Shown piece by piece: positions 39,578-53,276 of a stretch of 64,000 nucleotides of DNA. The position numbers were made by a program, and so were the translations under genes. Every line of letters begins with the position of its first letter. Position 1 is the stretch's first letter. The notes under the pieces were generated by a model that saw nothing but the letters and a program-made list of their open reading frames with translations, did no database searches and was not told where the DNA came from. This DNA comes from Camelus dromedarius (lineage: Eukaryota), in contig NC_087472.1 in NCBI RefSeq assembly GCF_036321535.1, positions 93,188,001-93,252,000 of the forward strand, written 5' to 3'.

Positions 39578-40959
39578 GCCTGAAGTAGATATTAAATTAT
39601 TTTTGACTTATATTTGGATTTTATCTTCCAGTATATTATTGCAAAGATGAAGATTACTGAATTACTATGCCTTTACTGTCTACCTAGGATAAGGATAACA
39701 GTAAATTCAATTAGTATATCACAATGTCTGATAAAGGATTTTGAATCATTTGATCCAACCATCATCAATTTACAAAATGGTCCAGAATGGTGAGCTTGAA
39801 GTACACCTTTTTGATCTGGATCCAGGAATGAGAGGAGAATGTGGAAGGTAGAGAAAACAACTGCTGTAACCATGGTGAGGGGCAAAGATGGTTGTACGTG
39901 CAAAGTAATAAAAAAGTATGCCCTGGTAATCCACCAGCCAGCAGCTGAGATACAAGATTTGGGATTCCCTGGAGTCTCCTGGTAGACAGAATCAAATTGA
40001 CCTGAATGTCTACCTGATGATTTTTCATTAAAAATCAGTCATGGAGAAGAAATCAGACACTTTACTGCAATGATCTATGTTCCCATGTTTAAATATAATT
40101 TCCATGTTACTATGTTGTTCTAGTGACCCCCCACCCCCACCCTTCTGCTACTGATTATGTAAACACTTTCTCAAAAACTGAGAAGTGGAAATTAATTTTC
40201 AGTTTGTAATGCTGGGAAAAATCCATGCCCCCTCTCCATCCTAATCTTTCAAATGGATTTGGTGGATTTTATTTTTATAGAGCCATTTAAGATGTCCAGT
40301 GTTGTTCTGCCAGTATAAGGAAACACTTCTACCAGAAATAGCAGGAACACCCTATTCAGACTTTGAGCCTTCTCTTCCAGGATTTTTTGACATAAACATA
40401 CACTGTGCTTGCAGCTTGCACTAATCAACTGCCTCTCTCTGGCCTTAGCACTTTCTTCTGTTCAGCTTTGGACTTAAATACTCCTGACAAAGCATTTCCT
40501 CACTCTGCTTTCCTAATGATTAATATTTCTTGGTAAAATCACGTGACTAGCCATGTTTTTAACCCATCTTGGCTAATACTTCTGCCTGGGCATAACCTTG
40601 CACCACAGGCTCTTTCTCTGTCTGCAGACAAAAGATCCTATTAATTGAAAAAAAGAGTTAAGTGGAAAATTACATAAATGAAATCACCTAACTTCTGTAT
40701 AATACATCCTGAATTATTCATTATTGAATAGTCTGATTTTTTCCCAGTATTGATAATTTGTTTTTAGAGGGATATTTTTATTTTCCAATTTGCTTGTAAG
40801 GGATAATACAAATTCCTCTTCTGGGAAAACTCGTAATTTTATAGATAAGGAATCTGAGGTCTAGAAATGTTAGTATTTTGTATTCAGACTTGTCACTTAT
40901 AAGTATGATTTACCAATTTTATAGTATTTGTGTAGTATTTTATTGTATAGTATTTGTAT

Positions 40960-43180
40960 AATATTGTGATTCATATATTGTTTCATTTATCTATTTCACT
41001 GTTGATGTGCATTTGAGTTGTTTCCAGGTTTTACTCTCAAAACAATGTTGCTAAGAACTGTTTATATGAATATATAAACAGTTGATTAGTGAAGCAAGAG
41101 TTTCTCTGGGTTATTTACCTGAGAGTGGAACAGTTGAAACATAGAACGTATATATTTCCAACTACACACATAAAGCCAAGTTGTTTTCCAAAGTGGTTGT
41201 ACACGTTCTCATCACAGTACATCACAGTTCTAATTACTTCATATCCCCATATAGTCTTGATATTTAAATTTTTTCACAAAATGTTGGGAATGAAATGGTA
41301 TCTCATTGTGGCTTTAATTTGTATTTTCTTGATTAGTAGGGAGATGGATTATCTGATTATATGTTTATTCATTACTTGGGTTTCTTCTGCAAAGCCCCTA
41401 ATAAACTATACTGCCCATTATTTTTGGTAGAATTATTTGTCTTTTTCTTATTGACATTGTGACAAAAGAGGTAAAACATGAAAGAATGTGTTGAGTATGA
41501 TTACATTTATAAAGATGAAAACCAGGAAATGATATTGTCTATGCATGCCTACACATATGTTAAAATTAGTAGCAAAAGTAAGGGAATTATTATCCCCCAA
41601 ACCAGGATAGTGTTGACATCTAGTGGGAAGGAAGTGGTTATGATTAAAAAGGAGGAACTTGTAGGGGATGGCTGAGGTGCTGACAGATTGTGACTTGAAG
41701 TTGGTTCCGTGGTTCTCCATTCCATTAATATTTGTTTAATTGTGAATACAGGTGTATGCTCTACTCTGAATATAAACTTGAAAACTGAAAAAATTACAGT
41801 TTTCATCTGCTTTGTATTGATTAGAAATGTGATTGGTTTGTATGTATTGACATTTTTTATCAAGCAACTTTTAAAAAGCTTTCTTATGTGCAATAAATAA
41901 ATCTGTAGATGGTGAATTTTTAAAACACAGTGATATTATCTGAGAAAAAGGACAACCTTGTTTTTACCTTTCTAGTCACTTGATTTATTTTTCTTGACTT
42001 ACTATTCTGGCTTTTAACATCAGTATGTTAAACAGAAGTCATATCAATGTCCTTGAACTTAAAGGGAGCATTCTTCGTGTTTTACCATTAATTGTGATTT
42101 TTTAGTAGGATTTGTGGAGCTACTGTTTATCAAATTAAGGAAGTTCTCTTCTATTACTTTTTGAAAATCTTTTTATATTAAAAATTGATGTTAAGTTTTA
42201 TCAAACATGTTTTCCTTGCCTGTTGAGCTCTTACTATCCAATATTATGTTTTTTATTTCCACAAGTTCAGTATGAGTATTTTTAAGATCTCTGCTCCTTT
42301 TCATATTTCCTTATTTTTCTCATATTAGGTACTTCTTTTGTTTTTTAAGTCTATCATTATACTTATTTTTATGTTTTTTCTAGCAATTAAAATATATGGA
42401 ATATCTGCAGGTCTGATTCCACTATCTAATGCTTTTCCTGGTTTTCATATATGATATTTTATTTTGTGTCTTGTAACTGTTTAATTGAGTTCCTAATTCT
42501 AGAAAGTCTACCTCTGGGAATCTTTTGAAGACTGTGTTTTATGTGAGTTTACCCAGAGAGTATTTTCATTTTCTTCTACAGGCTACCAGGAGGTCTTGCC
42601 AGCTCTGAACTCTTGAAATTCTGGCTAGAAAATTTTAGACTGCTCCTATAGTGAGAATTCAGGTTGTAACTGCACATGAGGGCTGAGTTTTGGCTACAAA
42701 TTTTCCGGGAAGATTATTTTTCTTCCCCTGCATTTAATGCCAAAGTTCAATTAGACATTTTTCTTTGCATTATTCTGGAGGCAGGGAGGAAGGGAGGCAA
42801 ACTTGCTTCTAGTATATTCTTATTTTGAAGGTATAGTTCCTAGGGACCCCAGATCTTTATGTTGGGGGTATTTCCTATTAGACACCCCAACTTGGCTGAC
42901 CGCTGGGCTTTGCTTCTGAGTCTTGAAAGGATCTGAAAACCAAAGTGCAAGTTCACCTTTTTGTCAAGTGTTACAAAGTTGAAAGCCATCCCTGAACTTA
43001 TTTTCCCTCTGGGTTCCAGCTAACATTTATTTTATTGGCCTCTGAGTGTTTCTTTACCAATTTTTCAACTCTTAGATGAAGTTAAAATATTTTTAAATAT
43101 TTTATCCAGTATTTTTGTTGGTTTTTTTTTTTTCCATTGAAGGGTTGCTTGGGTTACTTACTCTGCTCAGATGCCAGAAG
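40960..43180 (-). mobile_element. Patchwork of old L1ME-like fragments (mostly minus; plus-strand 3' end at ~41465-41760)
   Basis: ctgttgatgtgcatttgagttgtttccagg; gaaatggtatctcattgtggctttaatttgtatttt; tttatcaaattaaggaagttctcttctatt. Confidence 0.65.
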
Positions 43181-43729
43181 CAATAACTTAAACTTTATGA
43201 TTTCTGACCTCTCTTTCAACTTTGTGGTTGGTGCTATGTTCATTGTATTAAAGATTTGTGGTTGGTAAGTGCTATATTTCTAAAGAGAAATAACTTGTGA
43301 GAGCAAGCAATATAATTGTCCACTCATGAGAGGCTTTTGTGCCTCATGTTCCCATAGCTTATGCATCAGTGTCCTTGCCCTAGGCTTTCCATTTAACACA
43401 TACGGGATTTTGTAGTTAAATGGTAAATTCATTTTAAACGAAACTCCATTTTCTAACCATTTCCTAGAATGCAGTAATGATGCCTTGATAATTGTTGAAA
43501 CTTCCTTCTTTTGATAAAAGATAGCCTTCTAAAATAATGTCATAATTCATATGGTTTAACATTAAACTTTTAAGTGTACAAACTTTTTTTAGAAATTAAA
43601 TACCTCTTATTCTGTTAAATATACATTATTTTCTTGACAGGAGTATGGTCTTCTTAATTATATATGTGTGTATTCTTAAATCATATTCTAGGTTATCTGT
43701 AGTTATCTGCAGTTTTTTTCCAGCATTGC

Positions 43730-44682
43730 TTTTTTAAAATTGAAGTATAGTTGATTTATAATACTGTGTCAGTTTCTGGAGTACAACAGAGTGATTCGGT
43801 TACATATATAATTTTTCAAATTATATTCCATTATAAGTTATTATAAGATAGAATACAATTCCTGGTGCTATACAGTTAATCCCCATTGCTTATCTATTTT
43901 ACTAATAGTAGTGGGTATCTGTTAATCCCAAACTCCTAATTTATCCCTCCCCCTTCCCTTTCCCCTTTGGTAACCCTAAGTTTTTCTGTGTCTGTGAGTC
44001 TGTTTCTGTTTTGTACATAGGTTTATTTTTATTATATTTTAGGTTACATATGCAAGTGATCTCATATAGTATTTGTCTTTCTATGTCTGATTTACTTCAG
44101 TAAGTATAATAATCTCTAGGTCCATCCACATTGCTGCAAATGGCAATATTTAATTTTCTTATGGCTGAGTAATATTCCATTGTGTGTGTGTGTGTACGTG
44201 TGTGTGTGTGTTACATTGTGTGTATGTATGTGTGTGTATATATATTTACACACACACACACACACACACACACCACATCTTAAAACAATCATTGCTTGAT
44301 GGGCACTTGGAGTGTCTTCATGTCTTGTCTAATGTAAATAGTTCTGCTATGAACATTGGGATGCATGTATCTTTTCAAATTACAATTTTTGTCTTTTCCA
44401 GATATATGCCCAGGAATGGGTTTGCTGGATCATATGGTAGCTCCATTTTTACTTTTTTAAGGAACCTCCGTACTGTTTTCCATAGGTGGCTGTACCAATT
44501 TACATTCCCACCAGTGGTATAGGAAGCTTCCCTTTTCTTCATACCCTCTCCAGCATTACTTATTTGATGATGGCCATTCTGACCATTGTGAGGTGATACC
44601 TCATTGTGGTTTTAATTTGCATTTCTCTAATAATTAGTGATGTTAAGCATCATCTCATGTGCCTGTTGGCCATCTGGATGTA
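43730..44682 (-). mobile_element. Lineage L1 3' end (3' UTR plus ORF2 C-terminus)
   Basis: ttttttaaaattgaagtatagttgattta...tccatccacattgctgcaaatggc...gtgcctgttggccatctggatgt. Confidence 0.92.
44181..44273. repeat. Compound (TG)n...(CA)n microsatellite
   Basis: TG runs at 44181-44237, then an AC run at 44248-44273. Confidence 0.9.
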
Positions 44683-47299
44683 ATTATTATTTGTGCAATA
44701 ATAGTACAAACCTCACAGAATTGTGAGAATTTCATGAGTATACATATGTGAATGTTTTTGTACATCATAAAGCAACACAAGTTTGCCCAATGTATTTTAT
44801 GGAATCAAATTTTATATCATCTGAATTCTTGTATTGTAGCACTTTAAAAATCATAGGAGAGAAGTTTATTTTTCTTTCTAAGTTATGAGCTTAACGATGA
44901 AATATGCTTTGATTTAATCAAGTGGAATCTCTAGAATTTAGCACTGTGCCCTGAATATAATATACTAAACGTTCAATCACAAAGAATATTTAATTGGTAA
45001 TAAATGAGATATAATTTTAATAAGATGGCTGTTGATACAGCTTATGTCATAGAAACATTCTTTTTTTCAGGGATATTTATTTAAACTAGGGATTTCTCAT
45101 GTCTTTTGCTTTTTTCCTTCCATATTTTGTGTCTGCTAAAGAATGTAACAACTTTAAAATAACAGAACTCTGTGGTGAAAGGGCAATGTTACAAGGACTT
45201 TCCCATGTGTCAAATGGGAGAGTTTGATTGAATAATGTGATATGTTTTCCCCAGTTGTAAGATCCTGTGAGGTTTGATGTTAAATGAAGTGTAGACTTAA
45301 TAGTGCTAACATGGTCACCTTTTAGCCTAGAAAATGCATACTGGAAGACACAGAGGCAAATATATGCAAATGTGAAAAATCTGCAGACATATGCAAATTT
45401 TCTTTTGTAATATTTTTGTCTTACCCGCTTTTCAAAATAGAACTGTGCAAGCCCCTACCTCTAAATAATTTTACTTGGATTTCTTTTCTAAGGCATAACC
45501 CATTGTTTCATCCTTTCTCTTAGCATCAAAAGATATTTTCTTTGGATATGATAAATTTGGGGCCATTTTCTCTAATTTCCAAGGTCACAACTGGATAGCC
45601 CAATAAAATAATCCATGATATGGTGTTAATGTATTTTTGGAGATGAAATTATAGCCAGGTTCAGTCTATTATGTTGTCCTGAATTATTTAAATATAATAT
45701 AGTATTATTGTGATTGCTGTTTTGGCAGAAATAATGAATTTATTTTTAGGAATTTCACACTTGATTGTAATGAGGGTAGTGCCTAAGACCTCAAAGTGAA
45801 CAGAAATCTTGAGCTCAGCAGATTGGAAACATTCTCAGTTTGTAAGTTTCCATTAGGCTTATGGATATGTGGAGGATGCTTAGTTGAGCACCAATTATCG
45901 TTTATATATCTTTAATTTCTTTAAACATCTACTGTCTAGAATAGTACTGTGAACAATACTGGTCTTAATAAATGGTTAATAAGTACTTCATGATTGAGAA
46001 TTGGCTGTATTTCAAAATTAATATTTTACTTGGGGAAATCAAAGAGTAGGAGCTTCATTTAATCCTTCCATTGCAAATATTATTTCACTTAGAAGGCGTA
46101 TCTTTTTAATATTTAGTTCAAATTCATGAATGGTGTCAAATGACACTCCATTTATGTTTTGATAACTAGAATCATTGCTTTTTAAGATCTTTTCCATTTT
46201 CTATACTTGTACATTAAAAGCAAGAAAGAAAAGCAAATGTTAAATGTTAAGGACACATTCCAAATATTCCTGGAGAGACAACATTTTGTTGTCAACTTAG
46301 ATTGTGAAGTGAATGGATAGAAATCAAAATGCAGTTGCAAGAGGTAGTCTTTTGAGACTTCTATGGATGTCCATATTACCCATAAGGAGTGCACACGTTA
46401 TCTGTGTGAACTATTGTATGGCTGTAGATCGAGGGATTTTACTCTTTTGCTATCAGACTCCCTTTAGGCAGTGAATCAAGAGAATATAAACTGAAAAACC
46501 TACAGATAAGGGATTTTTGAGTACTTATAAATAATTCATTCATCGTTTATAGCATTTAAATGACTATAAAATGTTACTGATCTATGGGCATGTCATGCTT
46601 TTTCTTTTCACGTCAATTTCTTGGTTTCTACGTGATTTCCTTTTCTTACTTTTAAAAAAGTAAGATAAGAAGTTATTATTTTAATATACATTGTTTTCAC
46701 AAACCATTGATAACAAATCATTTAGAATTTTATGATGCTAAAGAGATCAATCACATAAGAATAGAAATTACTACAGTATGGTTTGATTGTAAATTCTGCA
46801 TTTCGTGCCTGTTTTACAACATATGCAGAGTTTACACATTAGGAAAATTCAATTTAAACATACTTTTGCTCAGAAATTCTTAGCTATACCGCTTCCTTCC
46901 ATGCCGTCCCTTGCATTTGGCTTTGGCAAAAATAGACATGACACGAAAGAAATTGATACCACAAATTTGGGAAACAAATAAGACTGGGATGACAAGCTGA
47001 TAGCACATAGCCAACTAGTGACCTCCTCATACCAATAATACTCATCACTGATTAAACAGAGCACTTTTCACCCTCTCCTCATCAAGCTGTGGCACCTTTA
47101 AACAGCACTCTTGAGAGACACTTGCTGTCCAACAGAGGTAGAAAAAATTCTAACATCATTTGCCATCACTAATTGAAAAAGAAATGTTTGGAGAATAAAG
47201 ACTCAGTTTAATTTATTCCACATTTTACAGATACGGTTGTTTTAAGTAAGAGGTGGATCTTCAGAATGAAAATGGAGGCAATGTATGGACTGACTGATT

Positions 47300-47830
47300 A
47301 TTAATTCTTTATTGAGTCCTGAGTATGTATCACACATTGAACTATACTCTGAATAAACAAAGATAGATTTAAGAGAAGACCCTTGCCCTCAGTCTATTAG
47401 GAGTGCATATAAATAAACAATTTCAGTATCAAGTAATAAACCATTGAATTGATGTAGAAGATGCTATGGGAGCACACAGAAAAAGGGAAGCAGTATGTTA
47501 CTGCCAGGAATACCTAAAGATGACTTTTACTGACAAAGTAATAATGTTTGAATAGGTCCTGAAAGATGAGTAGGAAAATGGGGTGGGGAGATGGACAAGA
47601 ACAAGACCACTCCAGGAAGAAATAATGATTGGGCAAAAGAACAATTATGATCTTGATTATAATCAAGTAGATTATATTGAGAAAGATGAATCTTTTGATG
47701 AGGGTAGATGGCAGGAAGAGAGAAAAATTTGGTGATTCCAGGTTAGAAAGGGTCTTAAATATCATATTAAAGAGTTTGAGTTTTTTCCTTTAGGCAATGA
47801 GGAGAAACGAAAGATTTTAAGCAAAGGGAG
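47300..47830 (-). mobile_element. L2 LINE fragment
   Basis: tttattgagtcctgagtatgt...gacccttgccctc...atgctatgggagcaca...taggcaatgaggag...gattttaagca. Confidence 0.7.
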
Positions 47831-48124
47831 GTATATGGTAACTTCGTTAACAGAATGAAAGATGAAGAGGTCCTGGTGGCTACTTAAAATACTACTTAAA
47901 ATAGTGATCTCCCAAATGGAATGAGCATACCCTAGGGAACTTTAAATGATCCACTGGGATATGGGAAGATAATCTTAGAATACTTCTTTTTATTTAAAAA
48001 TGAGTAAGAGATTAAGCTTTCTCATATTTAATATGTAGATCAACAGATATATTTAGTCATTTCAATATTTAGATATAGTTATAATGGGGTTATATACTCA
48101 AACATTTTTCTTTACTGATACAGC

Positions 48125-48370
48125 TGTGCCCTTTTAGAGCTACTCTTCACCTTGTCTGTCTTGACTATAGGCTAAAGAGGCTGACTTCAATGGTCTGCTT
48201 CTCCTCTCTGGCTTTCAGTTGGATTCAGCCAATGAAGAGTAATGGCAGAAGACTGAAGTGTGAGCAGAGAGAGAATTTAGGGAATTTATCCCCCTGGCTT
48301 CCTCCTTGCTAATATGAAAATTTGGTAGTGATTGATCCCCTCTCCTAGGACACCAGTTTCTGTTGGGCAG
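48125..48370 (+). mobile_element. LTR33-like ERVL LTR fragment
   Basis: ctctggctttcagttggattcagccaatg...gggaatttatccccctggcttcctcc. Confidence 0.55.
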
Positions 48371-48424
48371 AAGAAAAGAGAGGAGAGGAGAGGAGAGAAG
48401 ACTGAGATGTAGGCTATATTAAAG

Positions 48425-48908
48425 TAATGCTGCTGTCCAATTTGATAGCCATTTAGCCACATGAGTCACATACATGACTGAGTAACTGAATTTTTAATTT
48501 TACTAAATTTATGTTAAAATTATATTAAATTTATATTAAAATTGGTACTTGATTCAATTATTGGGAAACTTTATTGGAACCAAACTATTTTGGAACAACT
48601 TGAGTAAATTTTATGATACGTAAATACAGATCAAATATTTCTGATGAAGACTCAGCATCCAAATTGAGATCGGTTGTAAAAGACCAAATTTTGAAAACTT
48701 AGTATGAAAAAAAGTAAAAAACAAAAAAGTCATTAATAATTTATATACTGACTTCATGATGAAGTGACAATATTTAGAATACACTAGATTCAATAAAATG
48801 TATAATTAACAATACTTTTACTTGTTTCTTTTTATATTTTTGATGTATCTGTTAGAAAATTTAAAATTACAGATGTGCCTTACAATACATTTATATCAGA
48901 CAGCACTG
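48425..48908. mobile_element. Charlie1-derived hAT DNA transposon
   Basis: Termini gctgtccaat and gacagcactg; internal aaatacagatcaaatatttctgatgaa...catccaaattgagat. Confidence 0.8.
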
Positions 48909-48977
48909 GATTAAGGAGATAGAATATTTTCCCACCATGGATGAAGCAGAAAATTTTAATTAAAAAGTCAGAGATGA

Positions 48978-49640
48978 ACTTCTGGTCCAGACAAAATGGC
49001 ATCGACTTTTTTCCCCTGATCTTTCCACTAAGTATAACTATAAACACTGGGAAAATGGAAGATACAATCAAAGGGGAATCCTGACAGGTGGGAAGAGGAA
49101 GGAAAAACTGGTTAGAGAATGGAGAAACAACAAAGTGGCAGGGTATCCTTAATTCTACCTGATGTTATAGCTTATCATATAGCTCTGGTAATCAAGGCTG
49201 TGGCATTGACAGAGGGATAGACACATTGATCAGTGGAAAAGAAAACAGAATCCAGAAATATCCCCTCATAGGTCCGATCAACTGATCTTTGACAAAAGTG
49301 CAAAAGGAATTTAACGGAGGAAGGGTAGCCTTTTTCAACAAATAATGTTAGAGTAGTTGGACACCTGTAGGAAAAATAAATGACTTCAACCTCACACCTT
49401 ATACAAAAATTAACTCAAATGGATCAGAGTCATGAATGTAAAACATAAAACTAGTAGACTTTGAGAATAAAAAAAGGAGAACATCTTCTGGATCTTCGGC
49501 TAGGCAACAGGTTCTCAGACTTGATTACCTAAAGCACTATCAATAAAAGTAAAATTGATAAACAGGGTCTTAGCAAAGTTAAAAACATTTGTCCTGTGAA
49601 AGACCCTGTTAAGAAAGTGAAAACACAAGCTATAAATGGG
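48978..49640 (+). mobile_element. L1M 5'-end-like piece plus L1 ORF2 fragment
   Basis: acttctggtccagacaaaatggc...; ggtaatcaaggctgtggcattg...caactgatctttgacaaaagtgcaaa...cctcacaccttatacaaaaattaactcaaa. Confidence 0.75.
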
Positions 49641-49899
49641 CTAAGAATCAATGACTGCTGTGTGTTTCTTATTTGCTCTGTTTTTTGAATGGGAGCTTCA
49701 TTTTGGTTCTCGTATTACTACAATATTTAATATTAAATAACTCAAGATCATAAGACAAGTCTGGGGAACAAGTACCACTTATGAATCTGAGCGAAAAGAT
49801 GGTTAGATTTTGAGATTTAGTCACCCTATGGTACATTAGAATTTGTTGTTTTGGGAATAGATTGATATTTTATATGGAAAAATTTTGTTCATGGATAGT

Positions 49900-50320
49900 T
49901 GGCTTGCAAGACTGCTAGGTGTTCCCCAAATCAGCCCATTCTCCCTTTCTAATTTAATAACAGAACCCCTGATGTTCAGTGGGGCACATGGCTGCCCAGA
50001 ATAAAGACTATATTTCCCAGCTTGCTTAGCAGTCATGTGTGTCTATGTAACCAAGTTCAAGTCATGAGATAAGTAGAAATGGTTTTTCTTAACAGAACAA
50101 GCATGTTCTTCATCCTCCCTTTTCTCTTGGATGGAAGGTGAATGTAACAAATGGGCTAATTCATTCATCTTAATGTTTGTGCAGTGTTGGTTGTCATGGG
50201 GCAGAAACACAAAGGGAGCTGGATCTACAGAGCTACCTACCAGCTCTGGAGTTCTTATTCCATATATACTTTTTAAAATACAACAGAGAAATTACTTCTA
50301 TCTTTTGAAATCATTGATGT
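49900..50320 (+). mobile_element. MaLR LTR (MLT1J-like)
   Basis: ccattctccctttc...aacagaacccctga...gcacatggctgcccagaataaagactatatttcccagc. Confidence 0.75.
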
Positions 50321-50339
50321 TCATTCAAATGTCTTCTCT

Positions 50340-52120
50340 GAAGCACTTAATTCCTTTCTGCATTACTATATTTACACTTGGAATCATTTTTCCTTCTGCT
50401 GAAGGATACCATTTAGTATGTCTTTTAATGAAGGTCTGCTCACCCCATGCCTCCCTACCCCCAAAATCTTAGACAATCTTTGAAAGTAAATTTATTTTAT
50501 TTTGCTTTTTTGGGAGGAAATTTTTACAGGTTATACAATTTAAGTTTAGCTGTTGTCTTCTTTCTGGATTTTAAGTGACTAACTCAAGCTTATTCCCACT
50601 ATCATTTTTGTTTGTATTGAAAAGTAAGCTGTCAGCCTTGTTTATGCTCCTCTAAAAATTTTTTTCCCAGTATTTTCCTTTAAGATTCACTATGATGCAC
50701 AGGTGAGTTACTTGTATTTTTTCTACTTTGGATTTATAGATATTTTGAAATCTGAGATGTGTTGTCTTTAGAAAGTGTGGGAACATTTTTGGACAATAAA
50801 TCTTCAAATATTGCTTCTGCTACATTTTATCACACTTCTCCCGTGGGATTCCAAACATATATACTGGAGTTTGTGTATCTGTATATCTACATCTTATACT
50901 GCTTTCTACTTTATTAATTTTTTCTCTCCTTGTTTCATTCAGGGTATTTCTATGGATTTATCTTCATTTAACTTTCCTCCCCCTTTGCTGTTTCTAATCT
51001 GCTATTCTTAATCTCATAATTTCATTCTTCAGTTGTTTTTGTTCTTTTTTAGTTTTATAATTTCCATTTGATTCCATTTTATAGGTCCCAGTTATCTGGC
51101 AAAATTATCCAGCTTTTCATATATTTTCTTATACATATTAATCCGAATTATTTTAAAGTCTGTGTCTGAAAACTCTAATAATATCTAGATAACCTGTGGA
51201 CCTACTTTATTTTTTACTATTATATCTTGCAATTTTCAGCCCTTTGATCCTGTCCCTTTGTATGCTGGCAGTTACTTTTTAATTAATAGACTTCATTTTT
51301 TAAGAGTTTTAGATTTACAGAAATATTGAGCTGAAAGTATAGAGAGTTCTCATGTAGCCTTTCTTCTCCCTTGTCCCAGTTTCTCCTGTTACTAACATCT
51401 TGCTTTGATATGGTATATTTGTTAAAATTTGTGAACAAATACTGATAACATTATTAATAGCTAAAATCCATGGTTTTCATTAGGGATCACTCTGTGTTGT
51501 TTAGTTCCATGGGATTTGATAAATTCATAATGTCAATTGTCCACTATTACAGTATCATAATGAATACTTTTACTGCCCTAAAAATCCTCTGTGCTCCACC
51601 TAGTCATCCTTCCCTCTCTCCCATTGAACCTCTGGCAACCAGTGATAATTTTATTGTCTCTCTAGTTTTGCTTTTTCCAGAATGTCTATAGTTAGAAGCT
51701 AGCCTGCAAGGCTACCAACTGTGTGATTCCATCACTTAACAATATGCATTTCAAGTTTCTCCATGTCTTTCAATGGCTTGATAAATCATTTCTTTTTATT
51801 GACAAATAGTATTCCATTGCATGGACATACAGGCCTGCTAATTTTGATCAAATGCTAGATAAAATGTATCACAAGTTCTAGAAGTCCAAGATGATGTTAT
51901 CTTCCTAATGGGATGATTTAATTTTCTTCTGACAAGAAGGTAGATATGGGCATATTACCATGATCCAAGATCTGAGATTATGTGAGACTGTATTTCACAC
52001 TTTGACTTACTCTTCATCTTTGCTATTACTTCTACAATGTTGTCCTTCAGATCTCATCTAAAAGTCTGGGGTATTTACCCAGGTATCTGTTTTAGTAAAA
52101 TGAATTCCAATTTGTATCTT
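50340..52120 (-). mobile_element. Old L1M fragments with a nested L1MC-like 3' end (~51280-51830)
   Basis: aatagacttcatttttttaagagttttagatttacagaaatattgagc...actgccctaaaaatcctctgtgctccacc. Confidence 0.75.
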
Positions 52121-52828
52121 TGCCATAAAGAGTAGATAAATACCCCATGAGCCTAATTAAGAAAAAATATATATGCATGAAAGGAAACATATTAGCTATA
52201 CTGGAGAGCTTAAAATAATGACAGAAAAATACTCCACAAAACTGACAAATTTGACAGTTAAAACAAGGTGGCTTTTTTTTTTTTTAGCAGAACATAAATT
52301 ATCAAAATTGCTTAAGCCAATTGTCATGTAAGACATTCAGTAATTTATTAGAAATATATTATTTGAGAGAACAACGGTCATCAGATCTGTTAACAACTCA
52401 CTTTGACAAAATAGACTATCCAGATGTCATTTAAAATTGCAGACTACAGTATAGTTGGAAATCCCCTGAGTATATGAAGGGTGATTTTTTTATACAGGAA
52501 GCTAATAAAATAGTACCAAAATCATAATAAACTAGTTTTATTTATGCATTTGAATGCAAACATTATATTACAAATTTTAGAAGACAGTGTAAAGCTGTTT
52601 TAGTAACCCTGCAGGAAAATATCTTAAAATTAAGACTTGATACCATGGAAGAATAGAATTTAAACATTAAAATTTAAAACAATTGTCAACATAGGAGGAA
52701 ACATTAAGTGTACCATTGATAATTTTTCATAGAAAATATAGTATTACAATGACCAAAAATAAAATTAAAGGAAGTTACCATTTAAATAAAGTGATTCACT
52801 AAAAGGTAAATATAAACAGCCACTTTTT

Positions 52829-52874
52829 TTTTAAAACATTTTTTATTGAGTTATAGTCATTTTACAACGTTGTG
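52829..52874 (-). mobile_element. Ultra-short young L1 tail with 14-bp TSD
   Basis: TSD aacagccacttttt at 52815-52828 and 52875-52888; insert contains ttttttattgagttatagtcattttacaacgttgtg. Confidence 0.9.
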
Positions 52875-53276
52875 AACAGCCACTTTTTAATATAGAGATA
52901 ATTATATTTTGTCAGTTTGGGTTTCCTAAGATAGAAAAAGCTACCTGTTTGCTTTTGCATTCTGATAAAAGTTGATCATCTTAATTTAGCGATTCAGAAA
53001 CTCATGATCTTGGTTGTATTCCAGTTAATCTATCTTGTGGTCACTAAGCAGTTGAAATAACTGTGGTGCTTAAGTTTACAATAGTTTGGCCTTTAATATC
53101 AGGTGTTTCCCATGAAGTGTTTCTATTTATGGAATTCATTTTTTCCTCCTGAATTGATGAAAGCCAGATCTATTTTAAAGCTTGTAGCCTCCAAATCCAT
53201 CCTATTAATCAGAGATGTAATTGTGCAATGGATCAGATTGTTAAAGAGTTCTGTTTTATAATTTAAAGTTGGTTGA

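Noticed and set aside
46874..47130. Unique, complex-looking stretch after an acceptor-like ttttgctcag
   Set aside because: All plus-strand frames close within about 110 nt and no translation is recognisable.
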